This document shows, piece after piece, positions 9,198 to 20,800 of a stretch of DNA of 54,633 nt. The notes under the pieces are model-generated. The model was not told the origin of the DNA. It saw nothing but the letters and a program-made list of their open reading frames with translations, and searched no databases. Origin of the DNA: a virus. Taxonomy: Duplodnaviria; Caudoviricetes. The first letter of the stretch is position 1; the number at the start of each line of letters is the position of its first letter. The stretch is taken from positions 1 through 54,633 of IMG/VR virus record IMGVR_UViG_3300046171_000030; one strand, given 5' to 3'. The position numbers and the translations under genes are program-made.

Positions 9198-9635
9198 ATG
9201 GCAATCACAACTGCAATGTGTAACAGCTTTAAGACAGAACTTCTTGGCGGTGTCCATGATTTGGATACCGATTCTTTGAAGCTTGCTTTAATTAAAGCAT
9301 CACCATCTGGCACTTATAATGCCAGCACAACTAATTATTCTGATGTAACTGGTAACTCTGATGAGGCATCAGGTACAAACTATTCCGCTGGCGGTCAAGT
9401 ACTTGACGGTGCTGCTATTTCTTTATCCGGTTCAACAGCGATTGTTGACTTTACAGACGAAGTATTTGCTGACGTTACTGTGTCTGCTGACGGTTGTATT
9501 ATTTACAACGCAGGACAAGCTAACAAGGCAATTGCTGTTATTGACTTCGGTGGCACAGTAAGTGCTACTGCTGGTGACTTGACTATTGAATTTCCTGCTG
9601 CTGATGCGAGTAATGCCGTTATTCGGATAGCCTAA
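9198..9635 (+). CDS. Virion structural protein
   Basis: 145 aa, AAGGA RBS, beta-rich, in structural operon. Confidence 0.65.
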   Translation: MAITTAMCNSFKTELLGGVHDLDTDSLKLALIKASPSGTYNASTTNYSDVTGNSDEASGTNYSAGGQVLDGAAISLSGSTAIVDFTDEVFADVTVSADGCIIYNAGQANKAIAVIDFGGTVSATAGDLTIEFPAADASNAVIRIA

Positions 9636-9636
9636 C

Positions 9637-10470
9637 ATGTCTTTCTACGACTCCGCAGATGCTATCTATGGAGTTGCCCAATATGGAGCAGCTTCTTACG
9701 GAGTTGTAGCACCTAATGTTGCTTTAACAGGAGTAAGTGCTACAGGGTCTATTCAACCAGTAGCAACGACAGGGTTTGAAATTGACCTGTCAGAAAAACT
9801 AAATAGTGTATCTGCAGTATCTGCTGTAAATTCTGTAACGGTTAATATAGCCGAAACACTAGCTTCTGTATCTGCTGTAGGTTCTGTTGGAACTGTAAGT
9901 ATAAGCAACACTGTAACGCTATCTGGCGTTGAAGCAACAGGCGCAGTTAATAGTGTAGAAGAAAAACCTACGGAACTACTTGATAGTGTTTCAGCTACAG
10001 GTTCCATAGGAACACTATCTGTAAACTTATCTGTTCCGGTTACAGGCGTTCAGGCAACTGGTTCTGTCAATACCGTAGAAGAAAAACCGACAGAAGTTTT
10101 GAACAGCGTTAGTGCCACAAGTTCAGTTGGTACAGTTCAACCTAATATAGATGAAAAACCTAGTGGCGTATCTGCAACAGGTTCTATCGGTACACCACAG
10201 CCGATAGTTAGTTTTTCAATTAGCCTTACAGGTGTATCCGCTGTCGCTTCGTTTGGAGGTGCAGAGGCAAAAACAACAGAACCTGTAGTTGGCGTAAGTG
10301 CTACTGGCTCTGTGAGAACATTAACCTTATATACCACTGCAGGTATTACAGGTGTACAAGGCACAACAGCACTAGGAACAATTACAAAGACTGCTGTAAT
10401 ATTTAACTTTCAAGCTGTGGCAAATCAATACAGTCGTGTTAGAACAATTAAAATACCACGAGCAGCATAA
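9637..10470 (+). CDS. Repetitive fibre-like structural protein
   Basis: About a dozen repeats of GVSATGS(I/V)GT at roughly 18-19 aa period. Confidence 0.65.
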   Translation: MSFYDSADAIYGVAQYGAASYGVVAPNVALTGVSATGSIQPVATTGFEIDLSEKLNSVSAVSAVNSVTVNIAETLASVSAVGSVGTVSISNTVTLSGVEATGAVNSVEEKPTELLDSVSATGSIGTLSVNLSVPVTGVQATGSVNTVEEKPTEVLNSVSATSSVGTVQPNIDEKPSGVSATGSIGTPQPIVSFSISLTGVSAVASFGGAEAKTTEPVVGVSATGSVRTLTLYTTAGITGVQGTTALGTITKTAVIFNFQAVANQYSRVRTIKIPRAA

Positions 10471-10649
10471 TGACTACAGTAGCAGAAAGAACAATAGACA
10501 TACCGTTTGAAAGTAGGAAAGTGTATATTCCTCGTGGTACAACTTCAGATGACAGAACGGTACTGATTAAGTTTGAAAGCAGAACTGTTTATATAGAAAG
10601 ACAATCTACATCTGCTGAACGTACTGTGATGGTAACGGAGTTATACTAA
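10470..10649 (+). CDS. Small protein missing from ORF track (59 aa, MTTVAERTIDIPFESRKVYIPRG...)
   Basis: Fills the gap exactly with TAATG coupling; internal repeat RT..I.FESR.VYI.R. Confidence 0.7.
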   Translation: MTTVAERTIDIPFESRKVYIPRGTTSDDRTVLIKFESRTVYIERQSTSAERTVMVTELY

Positions 10650-10995
10650 ATGTCGTATCGCTGGCCTATTAAAGATAAAGATGAAACACTGGACTACAGC
10701 GTAGACTGGTCACGATTTCTTGATACTGCAACAATTAGTTCTGTAGAATGGCATGTGCAAACAGACAGCATAGGTAAAACACTCCTTGCATCTGGTCAAG
10801 ACTTAACAACAGCTTCAAGGTGGTGCAGTTACTGACAGTATTCAAAATGTTTCTCAATCAAATACAACTACTGTAGCTACTATTAATCTTGGTAGCGGTG
10901 TAAACAATAGGGAATATACATTTACATGTCGCATGACAGATAGCACAGGCAGTACTGCAGAGCGTACCATTAAGCTACGTATTAGAGAGAAGTAA
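10650..10995 (+). pseudogene. Structural/adaptor gene split by one extra base at about 10818 (sequencing error or frameshift)
   Basis: Removing one A from GCT TCA A GGT gives a continuous 114 aa ORF ending AERTIKLRIREK just before the next ATG. Confidence 0.75.
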
Positions 10996-11000
10996 AACAT

Positions 11001-11741
11001 ATGGCATATGATTTTCTTGGCCTAGTAAACGATATTAACAGACGCTTAAACGAAGTTGAACTTACGTCTGTAAATTTTGCTACTGCCGCAGGTTTTTATG
11101 GGCAAGCAAAAGATGCAGTCAATGCTTCAATTCGTTACATCAATCAATCACAGTATGAATGGCCTTATAATCACGTAGAACAAGAGGACACCCTATCTGT
11201 TGGTGTTTCACGTTATCCCTTTCCTACAGACTGCAAAGTAATTGACTTTGATACCTTTAGAATTAAAGAAGATACTACACTAGGTAATAACACAGTAAAA
11301 TTACCTATCTTATCTTATGAAGAATATCTTGACAAGTTTGTAGATCAAGAGTATAATAGTGCTTCGACAACTGTAGGACAGGGTGTTCCTCAATTTGTAT
11401 CACAAGCACCATCACTTGAGTACATCGTAACTCCTGCACCTAACAATGCTTATAAACTTATATATGAATATTACCGTATTCCAGTTGATTTAGCATTGTA
11501 TGATGATGTACCGGGTATTCCTGAACGATTCAGACATATTATTGTAGACGGTGCAATGCACTACGCTTATCTTTTCCGTGGCAATACACAAGATGCGGTA
11601 GTAGCTAAAGAAAAGTTTGAAGAAGGTATTTCACATATGAAGTCTATGCTAATTAATCGCTATACTTATGTGCGTTCTTACCTCATTCAGCAAAACACTG
11701 GTGGCGGTGGTAGAACAGGGTATTCAAGGCTTCCGTTGTAA
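11001..11741 (+). CDS. Head-tail adaptor / tail tubular protein A-like
   Basis: 246 aa; FLGLVNDINRRLNE start, IPERFRHIIVDGA; precedes nozzle gene. Confidence 0.7.
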   Translation: MAYDFLGLVNDINRRLNEVELTSVNFATAAGFYGQAKDAVNASIRYINQSQYEWPYNHVEQEDTLSVGVSRYPFPTDCKVIDFDTFRIKEDTTLGNNTVKLPILSYEEYLDKFVDQEYNSASTTVGQGVPQFVSQAPSLEYIVTPAPNNAYKLIYEYYRIPVDLALYDDVPGIPERFRHIIVDGAMHYAYLFRGNTQDAVVAKEKFEEGISHMKSMLINRYTYVRSYLIQQNTGGGGRTGYSRLPL

Positions 11742-13918
11742 TGGACAAATGGCAAACTTATCCTGTAGAATTTCGTGGTGGCCTAGTAACAAATTTAAGT
11801 CCTTTACAACAGGGCATAAACTCACCCGGTTCTGCTCGTATCCTTCGTAACTTTGAACCATCCGTTGAGGGTGGTTACAGGCGCATTGAAGGCTATGATA
11901 AGTATGACCCAGCAATTATACCGCCTTATGGTGAGCCTGTTGTACATGGAGATGGACAAAGCGGCACTGGATTAATTATAGGTGCAATACATACTACACC
12001 AGTAGCAGGTGATGGAATATCACTAGATGGTGGATTAGTAGATGGTGCAGCGCAGACAGGTACAAGTTTAGACGTAGATGGTTTAGATGTAGCACCATCA
12101 GCTAATGATACATTTACCATTGCAGGTGACACAACAGTATACACAGTCAGTGCAGCAACGGCTCTTGTAGGTACAGCATCTACTCTAACAATTACACCAG
12201 CTATTACAGTAGCACCTGCAGATAACGCAGTTCTTTCGTTTAGATATACTATAGCATCTGGTGGCGTATCTTTTGATGCTACAAATAATAGAGCAACACT
12301 TACGCTAGATCAGACAATGGTGGTTAACCCATCAAACGCAGACGTAGTTACCTTTGTAAGCACCATATCTGATTATAATGCAATTGGTGTAGCAAGCTGG
12401 GAAGACCAAGCAATTATAGCTAAAAATGCAGATGTGTTTAAAACATCCGGCAACGGCTTTACAAAAATAAATGTATACGACTACGGCGCACCACTTGTAA
12501 ACGGAGCAAGTCAAACAGGAAGCAGCTTAGTTGTAGATGGCATTACAGGTATACCACAAGCAGGTGACGTATTTAAGATTGCAGGAATTGACCTTGTATA
12601 TACAGTAACTGCAGACGCAACTGTAACAAGTGGGGCAGCAACATTAGCAATTAACCCAGCACTTGCAAGTAGCCCAGCAGATAATGCTGTAATTACATTT
12701 ATCTCTCTCAACAGAGAAGGTGCTAACAAAGTAAGATTTGCTAAATATAATTTTAGTGGCACTGAAAAAATAGCAATTGTAGATGGTGCTAATCCACCTG
12801 CGCTATACGATAACAATGACTTTATAGTATTAAATAGCGCACCTGCAGATGTAGTAAGTGCTACACACGTAGTAGAACATAAGAAGTCATTGTTTTTTGG
12901 TAAGGGTACTACACTAGCTTTTACAGCACCATACGCTGATGACAGTTTTGATGTAGCTGCTGGTTCGGGTTCTATTAACGTAGGCGGCACAATAACAGGA
13001 CTGGTTGTTTTTCGTAATCAGCTGATTATTTTTACAGAGAAAAACATTCAGCAGTTACTCGGTAACACACTTGCAGACTTTAATCTGCAGCCAATCACAA
13101 GAGATATAGGTTGCCTTGAAGGTGACACAATACAAGAGATTGGCGGGGATGTAATGTTCCTTGCACCAGATGGGTTAAGACTTTTAAGTGCAACAGAACG
13201 AATTGGCGACTTTGGACTTGCTTCAGTATCTAAAGTTATTCAGCCAAACATGACTAAGTTTATTGCAGCAAACACAAACTTTACTAGCTGTGTAATTCGT
13301 GAAAAGTCACAATACAGAATATTAGGCTTTAACACTAACATTACACAAGAAAATGCTCAAGGCATTATTGCCACACAGTTTGCTGAACAAGGCGGTGCTG
13401 GTACAGGATTTGCAGAAACACGTGGTATACGTGCTTATGTAGCAGACAGTAATTACAATGAAGCCGTAGAGGTTGTACTGTTTGCAAATGATGATGGTTA
13501 TCTATATCAAATGGAAGCAGGTAATAGTTTTGACGGACTTAATATCCAAACTACATTTGCTACACCGCATTTGCCAATTCAAGACCCACGAGTACGCAAG
13601 ACATTTTACAAATTATTTCTTTACACAGACCCACAAGGTAGTGTAAACTTTGATGTAAGTCTTAAACTAGATTTTGATACACAAGGAACTATTCAGCCTG
13701 CTCCAATTTCATTTGCAAACACATCTGGTGTTGTAGGTTTTTACGGAGGAGGCACATTTGGAACTACAAGCTACGGAACAAAACTGTTAAAGTTATTTGA
13801 AACACAGATTGTAGGTTCAGGATTTGCCGTTTCATTTCAGTTTGAATCAGACGGCACAGACCCACCATTTTCACTGGATGCAATCACAGTTGAGTATGGT
13901 ATTCATGACAGAAGGTAG
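11741..13918 (+). CDS. Tail nozzle / tail tubular protein B-like with inserted repeated beta domains
   Basis: 725 aa; FRGGLVTN start; propeller-like ITGLVVFRNQLIIF and DIGCLEGDTIQEIGGDVMFLAPDG. Confidence 0.75.
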   Translation: MDKWQTYPVEFRGGLVTNLSPLQQGINSPGSARILRNFEPSVEGGYRRIEGYDKYDPAIIPPYGEPVVHGDGQSGTGLIIGAIHTTPVAGDGISLDGGLVDGAAQTGTSLDVDGLDVAPSANDTFTIAGDTTVYTVSAATALVGTASTLTITPAITVAPADNAVLSFRYTIASGGVSFDATNNRATLTLDQTMVVNPSNADVVTFVSTISDYNAIGVASWEDQAIIAKNADVFKTSGNGFTKINVYDYGAPLVNGASQTGSSLVVDGITGIPQAGDVFKIAGIDLVYTVTADATVTSGAATLAINPALASSPADNAVITFISLNREGANKVRFAKYNFSGTEKIAIVDGANPPALYDNNDFIVLNSAPADVVSATHVVEHKKSLFFGKGTTLAFTAPYADDSFDVAAGSGSINVGGTITGLVVFRNQLIIFTEKNIQQLLGNTLADFNLQPITRDIGCLEGDTIQEIGGDVMFLAPDGLRLLSATERIGDFGLASVSKVIQPNMTKFIAANTNFTSCVIREKSQYRILGFNTNITQENAQGIIATQFAEQGGAGTGFAETRGIRAYVADSNYNEAVEVVLFANDDGYLYQMEAGNSFDGLNIQTTFATPHLPIQDPRVRKTFYKLFLYTDPQGSVNFDVSLKLDFDTQGTIQPAPISFANTSGVVGFYGGGTFGTTSYGTKLLKLFETQIVGSGFAVSFQFESDGTDPPFSLDAITVEYGIHDRR

Positions 13919-13926
13919 AGGACACT

Positions 13927-16900
13927 ATGGGTACAGGCTACACTCGTAACGACACCAGTAATAACATTGCTGATGGTAACATTATTAATGCGTCAGACCT
14001 TGATGGTGAATTTGATGCGGTAGAATCCGCATTTAACTCCAGTACAGGTCATACGCACGATGGCACAGCCGCAGAAGGTGGAGCAATCACAGTTGTTGGT
14101 CCAGTACAAGACCTTGTTGTAAGTGCCACCGAAGTTAAACCAAAAACAACAAATACACTTGACTTGGGTACATCAGCTTTGTTGTACAAAGATGCGTACC
14201 TGCAAGGCAATATGTATTTCCGTGATACTGCACTTAAAATTGTATCTAGTGCAGATGGTCAACTTGATATTGATGCCGATGTTGAACTGGAACTTGTAGC
14301 CCCCACAGTTGACATTGATGCCTCTACCGCTGTAACTATTGACACTGCCACACTCACAATCACAGGTTCTGCTAATGTAGTTGGTGACCTAGACGTTGAC
14401 AATATCAACATCAATGGCAACACCATCATCAGCACAGACACCAATGGCAACATTGCCCTGACACCTAATGGAACAGGCGAAGTTGACATCAGCAAAGTAG
14501 ACATCGACAGTGGTGCTATTGATGGCACTATTATCGGTGCATCTTCTGCTGCCGCAATTACAGGTACTACAATTACAGGTACATCCTTTGTGACATCAGG
14601 TGATATGACCTTTGGCGACAACGACAAGGCTGTCTTTGGTGCTGGGTCTGACCTTGAAATTTATCACGATGGCACTGAAAACGTAATAGACAGCAACGCA
14701 GGCACATTGGTTTTGCGTTCTGCTGGTGCTGGAACTATTGAAATGCGTGACCAAAGTTCACAGGTTTTAGCACAATTTAATGATAACAGTGACGTAAAGT
14801 TATACTATAATAACAATGAAAAACTCGCCACCACCGCCACAGGCATTGATGTCACAGGCACAGCAGTCACAGACGGCCTCACAGTAGCTGGTAATGTCAG
14901 TGTTGACGGCGGCACAATCAAGCTGGACGGTAACTATCCGACTGGTACAGGCAACGTGGCGTTGGGTGATGCTGCGCTTGATGATGGCAGCTTATCTGGT
15001 AGTTACAACACTGCTATAGGTGGGAATGTTCTTACTTTACACACTAGTGGCAGTTACAACACTGGAACTGGTTATGGTGCTTTAGCTAGCAACACAACAG
15101 GGTCTAGTAATGTATCCGTTGGTACTAACTCTTTACTAAACAACACCACCGCCAGCAACAACACTGCGATAGGTTATGCCGCACTCTTCGCAAACACCAC
15201 TGGCGCATCCAATACGGCGGTTGGTTCGGGTGCTATGCAAAATACCACCACAGGGGCAACAAATGCAGCCTTTGGTAAGGATACTTTGGCTGTAAACACT
15301 ACTGGCACAGATAACTCTGCGTTTGGACAGGGGGCTTTATACAGTAACACGACTGCAAATAACAATACGGCTGTTGGTAAATCGGCACTAAACGCAAACA
15401 CCACTGGTGCAGGAAACGTAGGGCTTGGAGCCTACGCAATGCAAGCAACAACAACTGGGCAGCATAACGTCTCTGTTGGTCTTAGTTCAATGTATTATAA
15501 TACAACAGGCCAATACAACGTAGCCATAGGCACATCTGCGCTTGAAAGAAACACCACCGCATCCAACAACACAGCAATTGGATATCAGTCTGCCTATAGT
15601 AATACTACTGGTTCGCCTATAACTGCTATAGGTCGCAAAGCACTCTACAGCAACACCTCTGGTGCAGATAATACAGCATTAGGTCGTAACGCTTTATTTT
15701 ACAATACTACAGGAGCAGACAATACTTCTTCTGGTAATGAAGCTATGCAAGCTAACACTACAGGTAGTTTTAATACAGCATATGGCTCTGATGCCTTGAG
15801 AGCAAACACCACCGCAAACAACAACACCGCTGTGGGCTATCAGGCTGGGTACAGTATTACTACTGGTGGAAACAACGTACTACTCGGTTTGCAAGCTGGC
15901 TTAACAAGTACAACTGGTGGTCAAAACGTATTTATTGGAGATAGACCTGCGTTTGAAGGTGTAGTAACAGGAAGCAACAACGTTGGCATTGGCTCATTTT
16001 CGTTAAGAAGAGCAACCAGTGCTACTATAAATGTTGGTGTCGGCGACCAAACTCTTCAGGCAACTACGACAGGCAACTACAACACTGCTTTAGGTGGTCA
16101 AGCACTGTATTCCAACACTACCGCATCCAACAACACGGCAGTGGGTTATCAGTCGCTAGATGCAAACACTACTGGCGGGTTAAATACTGCTGTTGGTTCA
16201 ACCGCTTTGTCTGCGGTAACAACAGGCAATAACAACACTGCTGTCGGTGCGTTTGCTTTGGATGCTTCAACAGGTTCTGGAAATACTGGAGTTGGGTCTG
16301 GTACTTTAGGAAGTTCAAGTAACTCCGCAAATAATAATACTGCTGTGGGTTTTGATGCTATGAACGGTACGACATCAGGACATTCAAACGTAGCTATAGG
16401 ACATGTAGCATTTGACGCAAACACAACAGGCTATCAAAACGTAGCTGTAGGTCGTCACGCTCTTGGCGCAAACACCACTGCAAATTTGAACACTGCTCTT
16501 GGTAATGAGGCACTGTTTGCAAACACTACTGGCACGTTAAATACTGCTGTTGGCGCACAGGCACTTGACGCAAACACCACCGCAGGCAACAATACGGCTG
16601 TTGGTTATGCAGCTATGTCCTTAAACACAACAGGCGCACAAAATACAGCACTTGGTCGTCAAGCCCTCTACTCCAACACCACCGCATCCAACAACACGGC
16701 AGTGGGGTATCAGGCTGGTTATTATGTAACCACAGGTTCTAAAAACACCATTGTCGGTGTCTACAACGGCAATCAAGGTGGCCTAGACATCCGCACATCC
16801 AGCAACAACATCGTGCTGTCAGACGGCGATGGTAATCCTAGATTTTCAGGTGATGCTGTTGGTAGATTTTACCTTAGGCATAATGGTGCAGCCCCATCCA

Positions 16901-17382
16901 CAGGAACTCCTGCTGCGTTAAACATTAGACGGAGTGACACTTCTAGAATTATCGCTACACAAAATGGGTCAAGTGATACACTTCAATATCATCATGTTTT
17001 TCTTAACACCTCCGCTAGTATTGTAGGTACCATTGCTGTAAACTCATCTGCTACTGCCTACAATACATCATCCGACTACCGCCTCAAGGAAAATGTAATT
17101 GACTTAACTGGCGCAGCAGACCGTGTTCAGCAACTTGCACCAAAGCGGTTTAACTTCATCGCAGATACCGACAAGACTGTTGACGGTTTTCTTGCCCACG
17201 AAGTCGCTGATATTGTGCCAGAAGCAATCACAGGTGAAAAAGATGCAGTTGACGAAGATGGCAACCCAGAATATCAAGGGATAGATCAATCTAAAATCGT
17301 TCCACTGCTAACCGCAGCATTGCAGGAAGCACTAACAAAGATTGACGCATTAGAGGCTAGAGTAGCCGCACTTGAGTCCTAA
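13927..17382 (+). CDS. Tail fibre with NTAxG 14-aa repeats and C-terminal peptidase S74 intramolecular chaperone
   Basis: Many NTTxxNNTAVG repeats; SDYRLKEN cleavage motif, GFLAHEV, terminal coiled coil. Confidence 0.9.
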   Translation: MGTGYTRNDTSNNIADGNIINASDLDGEFDAVESAFNSSTGHTHDGTAAEGGAITVVGPVQDLVVSATEVKPKTTNTLDLGTSALLYKDAYLQGNMYFRDTALKIVSSADGQLDIDADVELELVAPTVDIDASTAVTIDTATLTITGSANVVGDLDVDNININGNTIISTDTNGNIALTPNGTGEVDISKVDIDSGAIDGTIIGASSAAAITGTTITGTSFVTSGDMTFGDNDKAVFGAGSDLEIYHDGTENVIDSNAGTLVLRSAGAGTIEMRDQSSQVLAQFNDNSDVKLYYNNNEKLATTATGIDVTGTAVTDGLTVAGNVSVDGGTIKLDGNYPTGTGNVALGDAALDDGSLSGSYNTAIGGNVLTLHTSGSYNTGTGYGALASNTTGSSNVSVGTNSLLNNTTASNNTAIGYAALFANTTGASNTAVGSGAMQNTTTGATNAAFGKDTLAVNTTGTDNSAFGQGALYSNTTANNNTAVGKSALNANTTGAGNVGLGAYAMQATTTGQHNVSVGLSSMYYNTTGQYNVAIGTSALERNTTASNNTAIGYQSAYSNTTGSPITAIGRKALYSNTSGADNTALGRNALFYNTTGADNTSSGNEAMQANTTGSFNTAYGSDALRANTTANNNTAVGYQAGYSITTGGNNVLLGLQAGLTSTTGGQNVFIGDRPAFEGVVTGSNNVGIGSFSLRRATSATINVGVGDQTLQATTTGNYNTALGGQALYSNTTASNNTAVGYQSLDANTTGGLNTAVGSTALSAVTTGNNNTAVGAFALDASTGSGNTGVGSGTLGSSSNSANNNTAVGFDAMNGTTSGHSNVAIGHVAFDANTTGYQNVAVGRHALGANTTANLNTALGNEALFANTTGTLNTAVGAQALDANTTAGNNTAVGYAAMSLNTTGAQNTALGRQALYSNTTASNNTAVGYQAGYYVTTGSKNTIVGVYNGNQGGLDIRTSSNNIVLSDGDGNPRFSGDAVGRFYLRHNGAAPSTGTPAALNIRRSDTSRIIATQNGSSDTLQYHHVFLNTSASIVGTIAVNSSATAYNTSSDYRLKENVIDLTGAADRVQQLAPKRFNFIADTDKTVDGFLAHEVADIVPEAITGEKDAVDEDGNPEYQGIDQSKIVPLLTAALQEALTKIDALEARVAALES

Positions 17383-17402
17383 TAATTTACAAGGAGTATA
17401 AA

Positions 17403-17645
17403 ATGGACGAACTAACAGCAGAACAAATCGCACAGCACTACACAGCAATGGGTCACAGCGTTGACCTCATCAATGCTATCATTGCTGGTGAGGCTATGGC
17501 AGACGATGATGCAGCAGATAAGCAGGACTGTGTAAACAGGAATGTTGAGCATCTGGAACTCATGGTTGCTAAGGACTTCTGGGGTTCAGAAGACATGACA
17601 GCAGCCAACGCCGCTATCTCTGCTGGCAACTCCTACACAGCGTAG
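17403..17645 (+). CDS. Small fibre-associated protein
   Basis: 80 aa with AAGGAG RBS directly after fibre. Confidence 0.6.
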   Translation: MDELTAEQIAQHYTAMGHSVDLINAIIAGEAMADDDAADKQDCVNRNVEHLELMVAKDFWGSEDMTAANAAISAGNSYTA

Positions 17646-17655
17646 GGGTTGACCA

Positions 17656-17880
17656 GTGGAAATGACCAGCTTGATAGACATGTTACTTGGCCTAGTGTTG
17701 GCTGGTGGTGCGTGGTGGGCTAATGGCGTGAGCCAAGAACAAAAGCGCATCGAAATCTTGTTGAATAAAACAAGAGAAGACTATGCAACTCGCATGGAAC
17801 TACGTGACGATATGCGGCAGGTCATGGAAGCCTTGCATCGTGTAGAGGATAAGTTGGACAAAGTATTGAGTAGGGATTAA
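17656..17880 (+). CDS. Small membrane-anchored coiled-coil protein
   Basis: N-terminal hydrophobic helix then LHRVEDKLDKVL coiled coil. Confidence 0.55.
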   Translation: MEMTSLIDMLLGLVLAGGAWWANGVSQEQKRIEILLNKTREDYATRMELRDDMRQVMEALHRVEDKLDKVLSRD

Positions 17881-17884
17881 GTGA

Positions 17885-20800
17885 ATGGCAATGTTTAAAG
17901 CATTTAAGCCTAGTGGCATGGAAAAGATAGCACGTTCTATGGGCTATCAAGGTAATATGCAAGGGTTTCAAGATTACTTGGCTACTAACCCTGCTCAACA
18001 GCAACAGATGGAGTTGTACACCAACAAAGCTATGCAAATGGCTAAAGGCGGCTATGCAAAAAATAAAAAAGTAAAGTATTTTAAGAATGGTGGTGGTACT
18101 GAAGGCGATGGTCCAACTGATGCAGCAAAGCATTACTTTATTCCAGACCCAAGCGACCATAAAGAGTCTATAAGAATACGTGTTGGCTCTAGGCAAGACA
18201 CTGCTGAAGCTAGAAGTAGAACAGGGTACAGTGAAGACACTGCCCTTGCTTTTAAACAGTTAAAACCTTACGAAGTTCGTGTAGCTGAATATGAAGCACA
18301 GAAAAAACAAGGGCAAGAAGATTTACTTGCCCAACAACAAAAAGACTATGATGCTGCTATGCAACGTAGAAAGGAAGAAGAAGAGCGTCAAAAACAGATA
18401 AACGATCCATCTAAAATGGTTGCAAAAGGTATTTATAAAGAAAACCCTAGACCTGATATTATAAGAATGAACCCCGCTGTAGAAGCACCAGATGGTTTTC
18501 AGTATGCTTATAATGAAACTGGTGAGCGTATCACTGTGCCTATTGATTTTGGCGGTTGGACTAGTATTTCGGATTCAAATCGACAGCAACAAAAACCTGC
18601 TATAACACCTGAACAACAACAACAACAATACTCACAACAAGTTGCTGCTCAGATGCAAAATAGGATGGGTGGTAGGTACGTGCCTGATGGGCCGCAATAT
18701 GTCATGGTTGGCAACCCTCCCGCAACAATTCCAAATGACCCGCTTAATCCAAAGTTCGATGGTAGGTACGTGCCTGATGGGCGGCAAAATCTCATCGTTG
18801 GCCACCTGCCCGCAACAATTCCAAATGACCCGCTTAATCCAGAGCCTGCTACATACAAACCATCACTGCCACCTATTTATCAAGCACCTTATTTATCAGG
18901 TACTAGATTTACCCCTGTAGGCCAGTATGTACAAGACCCTAATACTGGGCAACCTGTAGCACAAGCTTATACACCACTTAATCAAGGCTATGGTGCAGCG
19001 GCAACTAACTTCCAACAACAAATACAGGGTGGTTATGGTACAAATACAACAAATACAGATATATCTGAAACAACACTAACACAAAATAGAGGCGGCTATG
19101 TCGAACCACAGAAGTTTGCAGTAGGTGGTAGTGTTACAAACCCTGCTGGCACACAAGCTGGTACACCCGTATACACAGGCGCAAGTCCAACACAATATAC
19201 CACAACACCCGCAACTTATTATCAACCCGGAGATGATATTCCAGAAGGTAAAAAAGCTGGCGATGAAAAAACACCAGAAGTAAAAAATGCTGTTCCGGGT
19301 GTAGCACAGTTTAGTGTAGAGCAAATGTATAACCCTGCGCTTCCTGTTGGTGGTGTTACTATTGCCGCACAAACACAAACAGACCCAAGACAGAATATTG
19401 CTACAGGTACAGGTGAATTAACAGGTCAAGTATCAGTTCCTACAGCTACAGCTACTACTGCGCAGGCACAAGGAATAACACCTACAGATGCTAACGTGAT
19501 GCAGGCTGCACAAGCTGCACCGGGTGTAGACAGCGCAATGAACGCTACACAAGCTGCACAGGCTAATCCTCAAGACCCTCGTGCGCAGATTACTGCAGCA
19601 CAACAAACTGCCTCATCAGTGGGTAATTTACAGGCTGCACAAGGTAATGCTTCACTTATTAACAATCCTGTACAACGTCAGATACAATCAGGTGAGTTGA
19701 TATCAGGTGTAGCTGACGCACAGGTAGCTTCACAGTTTACTGAGCAAATTCAAGCTGCACAAGCTACGCCTTCACAGCAAGCTACTGTACAGGGGCAACT
19801 GAGCAACCTGATGCAACAGTTTCAAGGTGGTAACACACCAGCTTGGGCTGCAGGTGCTATGCGGAGTGTTACTTCCGCTATGGCAGCTAGGGGTTTAAGT
19901 GCATCTAGTCTTGCAGGACAGGCAATGGTGCAGGCTGCTATGGAAAGTGCATTGCCTATTGCACAGGCCGATGCTCAAACACAAGCACAGTTTGAAGGTC
20001 AGAACTTATCTAACAGACAGCAACGTGCTATGCTTGCTGCACAACAACGTGCGCAGTTTATGGGTCAGGAGTTTGACCAAGCGTTCCAGTCACGTGTACA
20101 AAACTCTGCACGTATTGGTGACATAGCTAACATGAATTTCACTGCTGAACAGCAGGTACAGCTAGAGAACTCACGTGCTGTGAATACAATGAACCTGAAC
20201 AACCTGTCTAACTCACAGGCAATGGTCATGGCTGAAGCTGCTGCACTGGCACAGCTAGATACAGCTAATCTAAGTAATCGCCAACAGTCTGCAGTGCAGA
20301 ACGCACAAAACTTTTTGTCGGCTGACATGGCTAACTTGTCTAACAGGCAGCAGACTGAACTGTTTAAAGCACAGCAGCGTGTACAGTCTTTGTTTACAGA
20401 TCAAGCTGCTACTAATGCTGCTGCACAGTTTAATGCAACCAGTCAAAATCAGGTTGACCAATTCTTTGCGAGTTTAGGTTCACAAGTATCACAGTTTAAT
20501 GCCACACAGCAAAATGCACAAGCACAGTTTAATGCAGGTCAAACTAATACTGTTAATCGTTTTAATGCTGAACTGAATAATCAACGTGATCAGTTTAACG
20601 CACAGAACCAGCTTGTGATTGCACAGTCAAATGCACAATGGCGTAGGCAGATTGCTACTGCAGATACTGCAGCAGTTAATCGTGCTAATGAATTAAATGC
20701 TAATGCTGTTCTTGATATTAGTAAAAATGCTTACGATAATTTGTGGACATTTTATGGTGATACAATGGAATGGGCATGGAAATCTGCAGAAAATCAGATT

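Noticed and set aside
18670-18841. Diversity-generating retroelement TR/VR pair
   Set aside because: Mismatches are not adenine-specific, copies are tandem in frame, and no reverse transcriptase is encoded
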